DNA of 64,000 nt from Leucoraja ocellata. Its lineage: Eukaryota. Where the stretch lies: the NCBI GenBank assembly GCA_036785375.1, contig JAWMAR010000034.1, positions 4,588,001 to 4,652,000 on the forward strand. The letters run 5' to 3'. The position numbers and the translations under genes are program-made. The notes beneath the pieces are model-generated. The model had not been told where the DNA came from. It saw only the letters and a list, made by a program, of their open reading frames with translations, and did no database searches. This document shows, one piece after another, positions 38,700 to 50,476 of the stretch (positions are counted from its first letter, which is position 1; every line of letters begins with the position of its first letter).

Positions 38700-40735
38700 A
38701 TTTTCAAATTGAAGTGGAACAGCAATTACATGAATTTCTGGGAATAATCTGCAAGATGCAGGATCTTTTCATTCCAATGAGGAAGAAAAAATCTAGGGGA
38801 ATAAAGAGGAGACCGTGGCTGACAAGGGAAGTCAAGGACAGTATAAAACTAAAAGAGAAAGCATATAACATAGCAAAGATTAGTGGGAAGTCAGAGGATT
38901 GGGAAGTTTTTAAAGAACAACAGAGGGTAACTAAAAAGACAATACGGGGAGAAAAGATGAAATACAAAGCTAAGCTAGCCAATAATATAAAAGAGGATAG
39001 CAAGAGTTATATAAGTTACTAGACCAAGTGCAGACCCGTTTGGTCTGTTCCCCCAACGTGCGGTTGTGGGGGGGGGAGGCGGCATGCAGCGTCACACACA
39101 CTAACTATCCCCCGTCCCCCGCACTCACGCTAATTACCCCCCTTGATATTACATCAATATTATTAATTTGCTCCTTTTACCCCATAATCACCCTATCTAC
39201 TGACGCATAGCCCCCAACTTGCAGTCACATCTAGAGAGGGGTGGGGGGCGGGGGGTAGAGAGTGAGGGCAGAGAGAGAAGGGGCAGAGACAGAGAGAGAG
39301 GGTGAGAGTGAGGGGGAGAGAGAGGGGGAGAGGTGGGGAGCAGGGAGGGGGAGGGAAGGGAGGGTGGAAGGGAGGGAGGGTGGGGGAGCGGGAGAAGAGA
39401 GGGGAGAGGAGAGGGGGAGAGGAGAGGAGAGGGGGAGAGGAGAGGAGAGGGGGGGAGGAGAGGAGAGGGGGGGGAGTGGAGAGGGGGGAGAGGAGAGGGG
39501 GGGAAGAGGAGGGGGGGCAGAGGAGAGGGGGGGAAGAGGTGAGGGGGGAGAGGAGAGGGGGGGAAGGGGGAGGGGAATAGGGAGGGGGAAGAGGAGGGGG
39601 AGAAGAGGAGAGGGGGGAAGAGGAGAGGGGGAAGAGGAGAGGGGGGAAGTGGAGAGAGGGGGAAGAGGAGAGGGTGGGGAGAGGACAGGGGGGGAGAGGA
39701 GAGGGGGGTGGGGGTGGAGTGAGAGAGAGAGGGGGGGAGAGAGGAGGGGGGGAGAGGCGAGGGGGGGAGAGAGGAGGGGGGGGGAGAGGAGGGTGGGGGG
39801 AGAGGAGAGAGAACCCAAACCCCCCAAACAACCATTTGCAGGTAGTGCTTTTTTCCTTCAAACTAACCATAAGCATATTTTCATTTTCAAACCAAATTAA
39901 GGGTACTTACTCACAGCTGTGTAGACATTTGTTCAGTCATTCAGAGCTCAGACCTCCATGTTGTAGAGACTAATTGAGGCACACCACTTCCTGGTTTTAT
40001 AGTCACTCCCCCCTGCTGCCAGCGGGGGCAGCAGAGAGAATGGAGAATTTTGTAAAATCATTAATATCTCTGTCATATTTCATCAACGGGAAAAATCCTC
40101 GGCACACATGCGGCGGAGGGGGGCTCTGAGCGAGGTGGCCAAAAATGACGGCCGTAGGTGGCGGCGTTCTCTCCGAAATCGCAGCACAGATCGCCAAAAC
40201 CGGTCAAGAACAGATTTTAGTAATATAGATGTAAAGAGCTAGAGAGAGGCAAGAGTGGACGTCAGACTACTGATGCAGAAGTGATAATGGGGAATAAAGA
40301 AATGGCAGAGGAGTTGAATAACATTTTTTCATCAGTCTTCACAGGAAGACACCAGCATATAACATAGCAAAGATTAGTGGGAATCCAGAGGATTCGGAAG
40401 TTTTTAAAGAACAGAGGGTAACTAAAAAGATAATACGGGGAGAAAAGATGAAATTCAGGAGAGTCAGGGGGTGGAAGTTAGTGGAGTAGCTATTACCAGG
40501 GAGGTGCTTGGGAAGCTGAAAGGGCTGAAGGTGGATGTCACCTGGGCCGGATGGACTGCACCCTAGGGTTCTGAAAGAGGAGGCATTAGAGATTGTGGAG
40601 GTATTGATAGTGATATTTCAGGAATCACCAGTCGGAAGTGATCCCAGATGATAAGAAAATTGCCAATATTACCCCTTTGCACAAAAAAGGAGCAAGGCAG
40701 AATAGTGGGAACTATAGGGTGGTTAGTCTGACTTG
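38700..40735 (+). mobile_element. CR1 ORF2 internal fragment split by a Helitron
   Basis: RPWLTREVKDSIKLK..NIKEDSKSYISY|VKS..EMAEELN..SPGPDGLHPRVLKE. Confidence 0.85.
39019..40229 (-). mobile_element. Non-autonomous Helitron with GA-rich core (39233-39810)
   Basis: Minus strand A|TCTATATTACTAAAA...hairpin CAGACC/GGTCTG...CTAG|T, no TSD. Confidence 0.85.
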
Positions 40736-42670
40736 TACACTCATATCTTACAATGTTTCCCTGTGGAATAGTCTCCAACCTTTCTAAGCATCTGCAAATT
40801 AAAAAGTCATAGGTCACATGCCTTTGCTAACAGAATTGGCCACCAGCTCTGAAGTGCTCACGTTGGTGTTCTCATCTTTGCATTTAAATCCCCCCATGAT
40901 TTTGCCAGTCAAACTTTCTTTCTTCAATTACACTTTATAATATTCATTTCATTGACTCAACAGTTGATTATACCTCACTCTTTCAGCCATATCAACTAAT
41001 AAACCCCCTATGTTATAGAATATCCTCTCTTCATTCCACAATCTATCTAGCCTGTTAGGCTATCTAACTGGTTTTAAACTCATCTCTTTAACAAACTTTT
41101 ACTATATCTATTTGGCTTAGATTACAGCTCTGTGACATGCCATGGGAGGGGTTAAGGAGAGGGGGGGGGGGGAGTCAAATCATATATTGTTTAAAATTGG
41201 TTAATTTTATATTCACTATAATCATCAAGGGTTTTGGGTAGACAGCAGGAGAGTGGTATTGAGTGGTGTTAAATTATCTAGATATATATGTTAAACTAAT
41301 GACTCAAGGATTGAAGCTTCTTTACTTATGTAGAAGGGTATAATTATTTTCCTCGTCTACTGTCAATGACCAAAATGAAATGGACTTTTGAAAAGCATGC
41401 ACATTTACACGGGGGAGAACGCCTCTATGCTTAGGTTTCATTTCAATTTGTTAGTTTGACAAGTCCAAAAGCAAAATATTGTAGATTTTGAAATATACAC
41501 AAGATGGGTCTACCTGTCATGTTGTTTAAGGTATCTGTGAGCAGTATCACGCCACATTGTTGCCTGACGCGTGTGAGACAGTTCTCCCAATTTGAACACC
41601 AGTCCCTAGACCTTTGTAAGGAAGATTTTATAAGATTCAGTGAGCTGAAAGAATTACAGCCATGTCTGATACCTGATGCAGGTACAGTATTTACTGTGGG
41701 AAAACAGGCATTCTATTATGCTTTGATGGAGAAGGAATCACTTTTTCCATTTATTTTCCCTCTTCATTATTTTTAGTTGGTTATAAGATGTATAGTTAGT
41801 TATGTCATGTGATGACAGTCCTTGTTGTGTTTAGTTGTAGTTAAGTTGTACTTGCCTCTTCAATGTCCTGTCCCTTCTGTATGAGTAATGAAATCTTGAT
41901 AGTCTTGGCAGTTATCAATATCATGAAAATGACTCTTCAATGTATGGAATCTGCATCTGAAATGAAAGTAAAATGGCTTAACCAATACTCATAACATTTT
42001 GAAAGATGGTGATCACAGTTTTATACCCATACAAGACATGATTTCTTTAAAGGATGATTTTGGAAAAGTGATGCCCACTAAATTAGTTTTTTTGCTGGTG
42101 TTGATCAAAGTCCAAATATTGAAAAATTATGCTCTGCCTTGTTTTGGATAGGCTATTGAGACCTTTCAACACCCAAATTAACTTTCAAATCTGACAAATG
42201 CCTCTTACAAAAAAAAGACTGTCTTAAAATTACAGAATTCCTTCAGTATTGCACCAAAGTAACGGACAGCATTTAAACAAGTATAGCTTACATTTATAAA
42301 TCATCTTTGATAAACCTTGGTCATTCCAAGCTCTTCACATCCAACCTTGCTTTTTTTTTAATCAAGCTGCAGCATGGAGTTACCATTCACAAAAAATCAA
42401 GCACTTTCCAGAATAAAGAATATTTCACCTGATAACTCAAATGTACTCTTCAAGTCATGTGTTCAAAATAAAACATAAATTATGAAAAAAAGTTCATTCA
42501 TGGATCTGGACAATATTGGTAAGGCCATTATTTGTTGGCCAGACTAAAATGTCCCTTTAACAGAGTGGCCTGCTGAGTCTTTACAAACCATTATTAAAAG
42601 ACAACCACATTGTTACAGGTCCGTAGTCACACATTAGCTGGGGAAGTACAATATATTTATTTTCGTGAAG

Positions 42671-42981
42671 AGCGGCATGGTGGCACAGCGCTAGAGTTGC
42701 TGCCTTACAGCGCCGGAGTCCCAGGTTTAATCCTGACTACGGGTGCTGTCTGTCTGTCAGGAGTTTTACGTTCTCCCTGTGACCTGCATGAATTTTCCCC
42801 GGGTGCTCCAAATTTCTCCCACACTCCAAGGACATTCAGGTTTGTAGGTTAATTGGCTTAGGTAAAATTGTAAATTGTTCTTGTGTGCAGGATAGTATGG
42901 GTGTGTGAGGATTTATGGTCAGAGCAGACTTGGTAGGCTTAAGGGCCTGTTTCCGCGCTGTATCTCCAAACTAAATTAAAC
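42671..42981 (+). mobile_element. HE1-type SINE
   Basis: Same family as 5152-5451. Confidence 0.85.
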
Positions 42982-43358
42982 AAGATTAGTGAATGAGATT
43001 GATTTTTAATGAAAGATTAGTGCTTATGATTATCATCACTAGCTTTCCATTTCATATTTATTTAATTGCTTAAGATTAAGTTATCTCAACTGCATGAATA
43101 AATAGTTCAACCTAATGAGCACACACCTTAAGCATAAGGATAGCCATTGTAACCCCCTTACCCAAGCCATGTTAGAAATCAAATGATTCATTACATAATA
43201 GTTTAACACTGAACCAGATCAAGTTATTAATTGTTTTCTCTCATGATTCAGCATAACCTGAATTCTCCTCTTATAGAACAATACCTTCATACTGTTCCAT
43301 ATCCAATAATCAATAATTATTTTACATCATTATGTTCAATCCTGCGTTTATTTTTCAG

Positions 43359-43460
43359 AACGGACTACATTCAATTCTACCATTACTTGGAATAAAGCAA
43401 ATACCTCATCCATTGACAGTGAAAAAACTTTGACAATAAAATGTCACAGCAATTTAACCA
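43359..43460 (+). CDS. CRTAM: CRTAM exon 10, stalk
   Basis: 102 nt, open only in phase 1, ERTTFNSTITWNKANTSSIDSEKTLTIKCHSNLT, GTAAGT donor. Confidence 0.8.
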
Positions 43461-44001
43461 GTAAGTTTGTCTAAACTTATTCCCAAATCAAGGGTGGCAT
43501 GCAACTACATTTTGGTGGTAGTGGAGGGGGGGGGGATGTTGCATGCCACCCTTGAAGTAATCACTCGGTTTGGGCTTTGGAGATTGAGTATATTTGAGTA
43601 TATCAGAGTAGTGGGTATTGGAATAATACCCTGAGCCTTGTTGGGTAGATTACAAGGTCAGATGATTTTGAATATTGTAAGTGTAGCCAGAGCTATGAAT
43701 GGCAAGTTAGAAACTGCTTTGCAAAACCTCTGCTCAAGTCTCTGCAATGTTCTAAAAGGACCATGCATTACCTATGAACTCATCCCACACATGGCTGTCG
43801 CAGAAGTCATGTCGGTGTACAAATGTAACTCACACTGGGAATGCCAGTTTGATTTCTGGAGGCACAAGACATCCATAAAATGTTTGATTCAATTTGGGCA
43901 AAGTTAATTTCCAGTTGCATTGCACTGAACAAAAGTGTTTGAATTTCTAAGCAAGCATTTCATACCATCCAATAAATGGTGACTCAGAATTTTATGTTTT
44001 A

Positions 44002-44501
44002 CTAGACCAAGTGGAACCCATTGGGCTCCATCCCCCAATGCGTCTCCTCCCATCCCCCACTCCGTCAACTCTCATAGCTTCTGTATTGGCAGCAGAGATC
44101 ACATTGATGTCATTTTCGGTTGTCGGAATCTTCACGGCAGCTTGTGCCTGAGATCCCATTGTGATGTCATTTTCGGTTTTCGGAATCTTCACGGCAGCTT
44201 GTGTAAATGAGATCCCATTGTGATTGGACGACTGTGAGATGCCATTGTGACATAATCACTGGAAGCTGCTAGAAAAGTCTCCCACTCACAGGCAGTTATT
44301 ATTTTTAAAGTTGGCTTTTTCAAAATTTTTAATATTGATATTGAGAAATATAACATCAAATGTGAAGAACTTGATACTATCAACCACGAGAAAAAGCTGA
44401 GTAAGATTTCTGACAAAAATTTGCGCTATTGTGTACCGTTTGGCGTAGTTCCTTGATCTTTCAGACAGATAAACAAGACGAGACTTTTAATAGTATAAAG
44501 A
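44002..44501 (-). mobile_element. Short non-autonomous Helitron
   Basis: A|TCTTTATACTATTAAAAGTC...hairpin 44012-44030...CTAG|T; internal ~57-bp tandem repeat. Confidence 0.8.
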
Positions 44502-44597
44502 TATTGTGTGGGCCTACTTACTCTCATTGTTAATAACGTAAAGACAAGAAAATACTATGTGAGAAGTCATTAATAATCTTTCTTATATTTCCTACAG

Positions 44598-44748
44598 TAG
44601 AAAATAACGGAAAAATATGAGAAACAACAAATGAAGAAGAATGGAGCCCTATTATTGATTCTAGTATCTTTCCTGATTTGTGCTTTGTTTATCATCTTCC
44701 AATTATTCGTGCTAAAATTATGGAAACAGCATTTAAAGTGGAAAAAGC
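44598..44748 (+). CDS. CRTAM: CRTAM exon 11, transmembrane (one extra base as given; alternative acceptor start 44601)
   Basis: KKNGALLLILVSFLICALFIIFQLFVLKLWKQHLKWKK closely resembles human CRTAM TM/juxtamembrane (..LLLTLVSFLIFILFIIVQLFIMKLRKAHVIWK). Confidence 0.88.
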
Positions 44749-45013
44749 GTAAGCCAATTCTTACATTATTATTAACATCCCTGCTAACCTTAGCATCAAA
44801 ATACTGACTTCTTTACTGAAATAGAGTTCTACTTATGGTTGCCCTGACATATGTCTTGCTCAAAGAATCCGCACTAATGTAGCTTTGCCTCCCATCTTTG
44901 CGTTCTTCAAATTAGCCTTCCTTTGGGAAGGAATAACGGTGGACAGACATCTCTAAGACATTGTCTTTGCATCTATTGATGCCATATCTACAATTCTTTT
45001 TTTTTTATTGCAG

Positions 45014-45103
45014 AAAAAGATGAATCTGATATCACAGGGGGAAAGTAACAAATCAAATAAGTCAAGTAACGAAGAAATGTTCGAGCAGAAAATGATAACC
45101 AAG
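45014..45103 (+). CDS. CRTAM: CRTAM exon 12, cytoplasmic (internal frame disruption as given)
   Basis: QKDESDITG / ESNKSNKSSNEE / ENDNQ in two frames; 90 nt with canonical splice sites. Confidence 0.75.
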
Positions 45104-46447
45104 GTAATTTGGGGCAGAATATATCCTGGAGGCCATTTCAAACTTAACATTATTTAAGAAGTATTCTATGTGCAATGCTGCTTAAGTTGATCAATTTTAA
45201 ATTGGAGAATCCATCTTTGAAAACTATGGAAATAGAATTAAAATTAAAAATAATATTTATAAAATTGAACTTAAATTCAGAAATTAGAAGCTAAACCAAG
45301 ATTTAAAGAATGAGATACTACCAAGGTTGTAAAGCAACACAAAGTGATGACAAGGTTAAAATTCTGGAGTGCTGGAGTAACGCAGCAGGTCAAATCTTTG
45401 GGCAATATGGATAGATGAAGTTCGGGGCAGGACCTTTCTTATAATTTAAGCGCCTCAAATTATTGAAGAAGAGTGTACCTAAATTAGTTTCAAACAATAG
45501 TAGTAGTTTATTAATAGTATATACCCAGATTAACATGTATAAATTAAAAAAAATAATGAGGTATGGAAATTACATATTAAGTACACTGCCCTACACTTGC
45601 TGGCACATTGGCCTCAGCAAAGGTAATGAATTAATGATGACAAATTTATAATGACCAATGTTCCTGACAAAATAATTATACCTCTATTCATATCCACACT
45701 TACCTAACTCACTGGCAACAATTTCTATAGGATCTGTTCCGGTTAATTTACTGTTTACAACTACCTTTATCACAGAATAACCAGACAGGTGAAAATCTGC
45801 TCATTTTTCAAAAGTTCTTTAAATGTAGTATTCAGGTCACAACAGTGTACTTTGAGTGAGTTATCTCAGCTGTTGATTCCCATCCTTATTCGCTTTTCTC
45901 TACAGGCTGAAAACCATTTAATGAGTTTCACAAAGTGTAATACTGATTTTGTGAATCATATTCATAGTGCAATTAAATTCTTCCTTTGCATCTGGGGAAA
46001 GCATTCTGAGCTGTTGCAAAACACAGATGATTTACAAATTCATCATTGGGAATGATGGGTATAGGAACAATATGAGGCATTGTAATTAAGTCTATGTCCT
46101 CCACTACTTGAATGAACTAATACTAGCTGAATATGTTTCCACGTACTGTTATCACCAGGATTCATAAGATAATAGTACAATTGAACTAAATTTGCTAAAT
46201 CACATTATTAAAACTTAAATGTGCTGAATTTCATAAAAATATAAAATGCTGGAAACACTCAGGTGTGGGGATCTGTGGGAAGAGAACATTGTTAATATTT
46301 CAGATGAAAAATCAGCATGCAGCATTTTCTATTCATTTCATATTTTTATCATCTTCAGTTTTTTAAATTTACATTTACTACTGAAATTGTTATTTTTATT
46401 AAACATGTGATGTTATGTTACAATTACAACTTTATGTTCCTATACAG

Positions 46448-46554
46448 ATTCTAATCTTCAAACGCAATACATAGTCCATACAAATTCAGAAGAACGAGTA
46501 AAACAGTATTGTAATGATATACCTGAAGATCAAACACAAGAGAGTACAGTTTAA
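46448..46554 (+). CDS. CRTAM: CRTAM exon 13, terminal, PDZ-binding ESTV
   Basis: Phase-1 start, DSNLQTQY..QTQESTV-TAA; human CRTAM ends ESIV; ATTAAA at 46783-46788. Confidence 0.85.
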
Positions 46555-47489
46555 TTCATTTTGTTGTCAGACAAATCAATCGATTTTTTGTTGTTTTTTT
46601 TTTAAATCTTTGTTACTTATTTCAACATATATTTTGAGGACAAGTTTGTATATAAAAAAACTGAATCAATTAACTGAATGTGAATTAGAAATACATCTTT
46701 AAAATGTTTGTTCCAAACTGTGAAATGTATGTTTAAACGATTTTTGTATATGAATTGCACTTATATTTATTGCTATTTGCACATTAAATACATTTTTTTC
46801 CTTTTCTAAAATCAAATTGTGTGAGGGTGTGAGGATTTTTGGCGATTCTGGGAGCAAAGTATTGTTAAATGGGAGTAGAGAACTCAGTGTTAAATGGGAG
46901 TAGGGAACACAGACTTACACCTTTCACATTCCAGTTAATTTTCTTTTTGCTCCCACTTTAGAGAACCAGCCACATCTCTTCTATCGTTCCAGCCTTCAAT
47001 GTATCATTCTTATCTCTGCCTTTTGCCTCTCAGTAGTCTGATTGTTCCCCAAGTTTCTTATACCACCCTGCTTTCCATCTACCCTTCACTATTGTCCATT
47101 TATTCTTAGTTTCAGATCATTCCTATTTCATTATTTATGCTGATGGCTAGCGACAGGCTACTTACACTTTGGTCATGTGGGTGGAAAATGCTCCTTCATC
47201 AGCACCATCACATGGGGTCTTTGGGAGTGGGAGATGGCAGCGGGGGAAACAATATTTACTCTGTGAAAATAATTCAGAGGTAGCAATAGATATGGAGGTG
47301 AAGAGAAGCAGTGGGAGAAAAGTGGGGATGTTCAGAGTTTTCTGCCATTAATTAGAGAAAGAATACAGAATGTGACTTCACTGTGGTATAAAATTAACAA
47401 AATTTACATTTATATGCTTTTTTAACACACATGTCATTGTTTAGTTTATGTTCTCTTTAGTTTTAGTTTCTCTTCTCTTGTGATCATAA

Positions 47490-47930
47490 AGGGGTGGTGT
47501 GAATTCTATTCCAAAAACATCATCACAAAATCTGACTTAAGATTCTGGGTAGTGCTGAGGGAATGCTGCAGAGTTAAGGGTGTTTTCTTTTAAATAAGTT
47601 AATCTTTCCTACTGAGTGGATTTAAATTTCCCCAGAGTTATTTTAAAATTAAGAGTTTATCTCATTATCCTGTTCAAAACTCTGTGAAGATAATAACTGA
47701 AGTGTGCAGATTTTCATGCAACCAGGGTAATTTCCAAAATGATTTGTCCAATGCTTGTTGCTAAACAGATAATCTTACTATTGTTTAAATAAGCTTTACT
47801 TTGGGTAATTATTTGCCACATTTCCTATATTACAAGTTATCACACTTCCAAAAATATCTGCTTTTTTTGTGAACCACCTTGGGATATCCTGAAGCCACGA
47901 CAGGATGATATGAACGGCAATCTATTTTCT
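47490..47930 (+). mobile_element. Degenerate Deu-type SINE
   Basis: GTGCTGAGGGAATGCTGCA and CCACATTTCCTATATTACAA blocks, L2-like tail. Confidence 0.5.
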
Positions 47931-47981
47931 CAATTGCTTATTTGAGTATTCATCATCGTTGAAAACTTTAGCAATGCAGTT

Positions 47982-48355
47982 GTGCTGGTTTTCAACGGGA
48001 ACGGTGACGGACGCACCACACATGTATCCTCCAGTTTATTCGGACTTCCGTCCGATTTTGGTGTGTGTGCTTTATCATCATTCCTTACAATGCTATGTAC
48101 GACAGTGATCGCAACTTCTACTGAAGTGTGGATGGCCGTTGGCTCGCTAGAAGCTCATCCGCCCTTTAACAGGTCTTGTTTTTGGGCCTGCTGGGGGTCC
48201 ACAGCCCCCTCCTCGCCTGCCAAACTAGGTGGGGGAGACAGTTTAGTCGCCAACTATCTGACCATGGAGCAGGTAGCACGGGATTACATGGTACCCGTGG
48301 CAGGGGGAACTCACTCCGACCTGACCTCGGGGAGGGGAGTTATCGGGACCTAGCT
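47982..48355. repeat. GC-richer interspersed repeat of uncertain class
   Basis: Abrupt composition shift with CpG retention, no recognisable protein. Confidence 0.35.
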
Positions 48356-48730
48356 CTACCATTAAGCTTTACCTTGTAGTCTGAAGAACGGTCTGAAGAA
48401 TGAAATTGATTCATTTGGGAAAGATTATGATTAAGATGCAAATAAGATGGTTTTGGCTTGATGAGCAAAGTGGTTACATGGGGTTAAAGCCGATCAGCTA
48501 TGACTTAACTGAATGGTACAAGAGACTCACAGCCAATTCTGGTTCCCAAAAGATAATTAAATAAATCACTTATTTACTATCTTAACAATTAGAAAACCTT
48601 AAGCCCTAGTATTGGAGAGATTTTGATATTTTGCAAATTGGGAGCAAAGTAGCATATTAAAATAAATTGAATGCATGATCATAAGCTTTGTCTCTTCAAA
48701 GAAAGCTCCAAACTCATGACATGTTTGATA

Positions 48731-48834
48731 CCGAAGGTAGACACAAAATGCTGGAGTAACTCAGCGGGACAGACAGCATCTCTGAAGAGAAGGAATGGGT
48801 GACATTTTGGGTCGAGACCCCTTTTCAGACCTAC
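48731..48834 (-). mobile_element. Penelope-derived short element
   Basis: 12-bp TSD ACATGTTTGATA at 48719-48730 and 48835-48846. Confidence 0.85.
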
Positions 48835-48869
48835 ACATGTTTGATAACTGCAACCTTGAACAAAAGAGA

Positions 48870-49610
48870 GTCAAGAGTGTTTAATTGTCATATGTAGAGG
48901 CATCAGAACAGTTACATTCTTACTGGCTGCAACTTTACAGGCCCATTAATACAATAACACAACAAATAAGTATACAATGATCAATAATATAACACATTAA
49001 CAATCAGTATACAATGGGTATACAGACTATTATAGTGCAAAACCCAAATCTCTAGTGTAACCAAAACAAAGTCCACAGTGTATCATAGTTGTTGATGTAG
49101 GATTATGGTTAGTGTGGTGCAGTGTTCAAGAGTCTGATGACTGCTGGAAAAAAAGCAGGTCACAGTTCTCAGGGTTCAATATCCTCTTCCCGATGGTAGT
49201 TGTGAAATGAGAGATTGACCTGGGTGGTGTGGGTCTTTGATATCAGCTTCCTTTTTGAGACATCACCTTTTGAAGATCCCTTTCATGGTGTGGAGGTCAT
49301 TGGACTGAGCAATATCTACCTCTTTCTGCAACCTCCTTCAATCCACGGCATTCGAGTTACCCAACCAGGCACATATGCGCTCCACCATACTCCTGTTGAA
49401 GTTCAATGGGTCATATGGTGACATACTGAATTTCCTCAATCTGCTAAGGAAGTAGCAGCATAAGCTTTCTTCGTGAATTCATCAATATGATGGGCCTAGG
49501 ACAGATCTTTGAATATATGGACACCTAGGAACTTAAAGTTATTAACTCTTTCAACCGCCCTCCCATCAATAAAGACAGGTTCATGGATCCTCGGCTTTCC
49601 CTTCCTGTAC
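48870..49610 (-). mobile_element. Degenerate Rex1-like LINE 3' part
   Basis: Minus-strand FKFLGVHI..LRKFSMS remnants and TGACAATTAAA tail. Confidence 0.65.
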
Positions 49611-50081
49611 ATTCTTAAAGATTCAATATTAAAGATTCACTCTCTTTCATGGATACAGAATTTCTAAACATCACAATCCTTTATGAGTGTAGCGGCCGAT
49701 TTATATATAATTCGAGAAATTAACTCTAGCCACTAAATAGATGAGCATGGTTAAGGGGAATATCTTCGAAACGCATGCAAGCTCACCCACAGAGACCTTC
49801 AGAGCTTCTTCACAGATAAGTCTTCAAAACAGTCTTTTGATCAATGTTCTTTATTGTTGATGACAACAATAAATTACATCCAAACTTCTTCCGACTCGTT
49901 ACTATAATCGTCATCGAACTCCAGCTTATTACTTTAAACTTTAGAAAACTCCTCGTGTCTCCGTTACACTTCGCATGATCTCCTTTACACCTCGCATGGT
50001 CGAAGGGTAAACCTTCTCCATGGTCTCTCCAAATTACACTAAAAACGAAACTAAACTAGACCAAACTAAACTCCACCAATG

Positions 50082-50151
50082 GAAAGTACTTTGGTCAACG
50101 AGAGTTGTTTTTTAAATGTGCTATAGAAATAAAAGTGACTTGACTTGACTT
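50082..50151 (+). mobile_element. L2-type LINE 3' tail inserted in the LTR
   Basis: AAAGTACTTTG..TGCTATAGAAATAAAAG(TGACT)n. Confidence 0.6.
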
Positions 50152-50401
50152 CTGCTCGAGCTACATAGCCCAAAACACGCCCAAAAATAAGTCATAAATC
50201 CCACCTACAATATAACGGGTAGTCTAAAATTTAAAGGCACATGCCATCATCAATGACATGCAAAACAAGCCAAATGGACACTACATACCGGCCCATAATT
50301 GTTCCGAGTATATAACGAGGCAATTACTAATAAACATCAAAAAAGTAGCCATGAAGGCTTAACATATATCAAAAAGCAAAAGGTCAGGGAATTGAACCCC
50401 A

Positions 50402-50476
50402 TGGCTCCTCGTCGGGAAATTGAACCCCGGTCTACCGTGTGACAGACGGGGATATTAAACACTATACCAACAAGGA
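50402..50476 (-). pseudogene. tRNA-Asp(GTC) copy with encoded CCA
   Basis: TCCTTGTTGGTATAGTGTTTAATATCCCCGTCTGTCACACGGTAGACCGGGGTTCAATTTCCCGACGAGGAG+CCA; about 61/72 identical by eye to vertebrate tRNA-Asp; D-loop GG and C61 mutated. Confidence 0.9.

Noticed and set aside
39193-39973. Long Pro/Leu/Ser and Gly/Arg/Glu ORFs
   Set aside because: Artefacts of the G/A low-complexity tract, open in all frames
50402-50420. TGG-initiated tRNA complement as the PBS of a plus-strand LTR element
   Set aside because: Complementarity covers the entire tRNA, and the pol, PPT and LTR are on the minus strand
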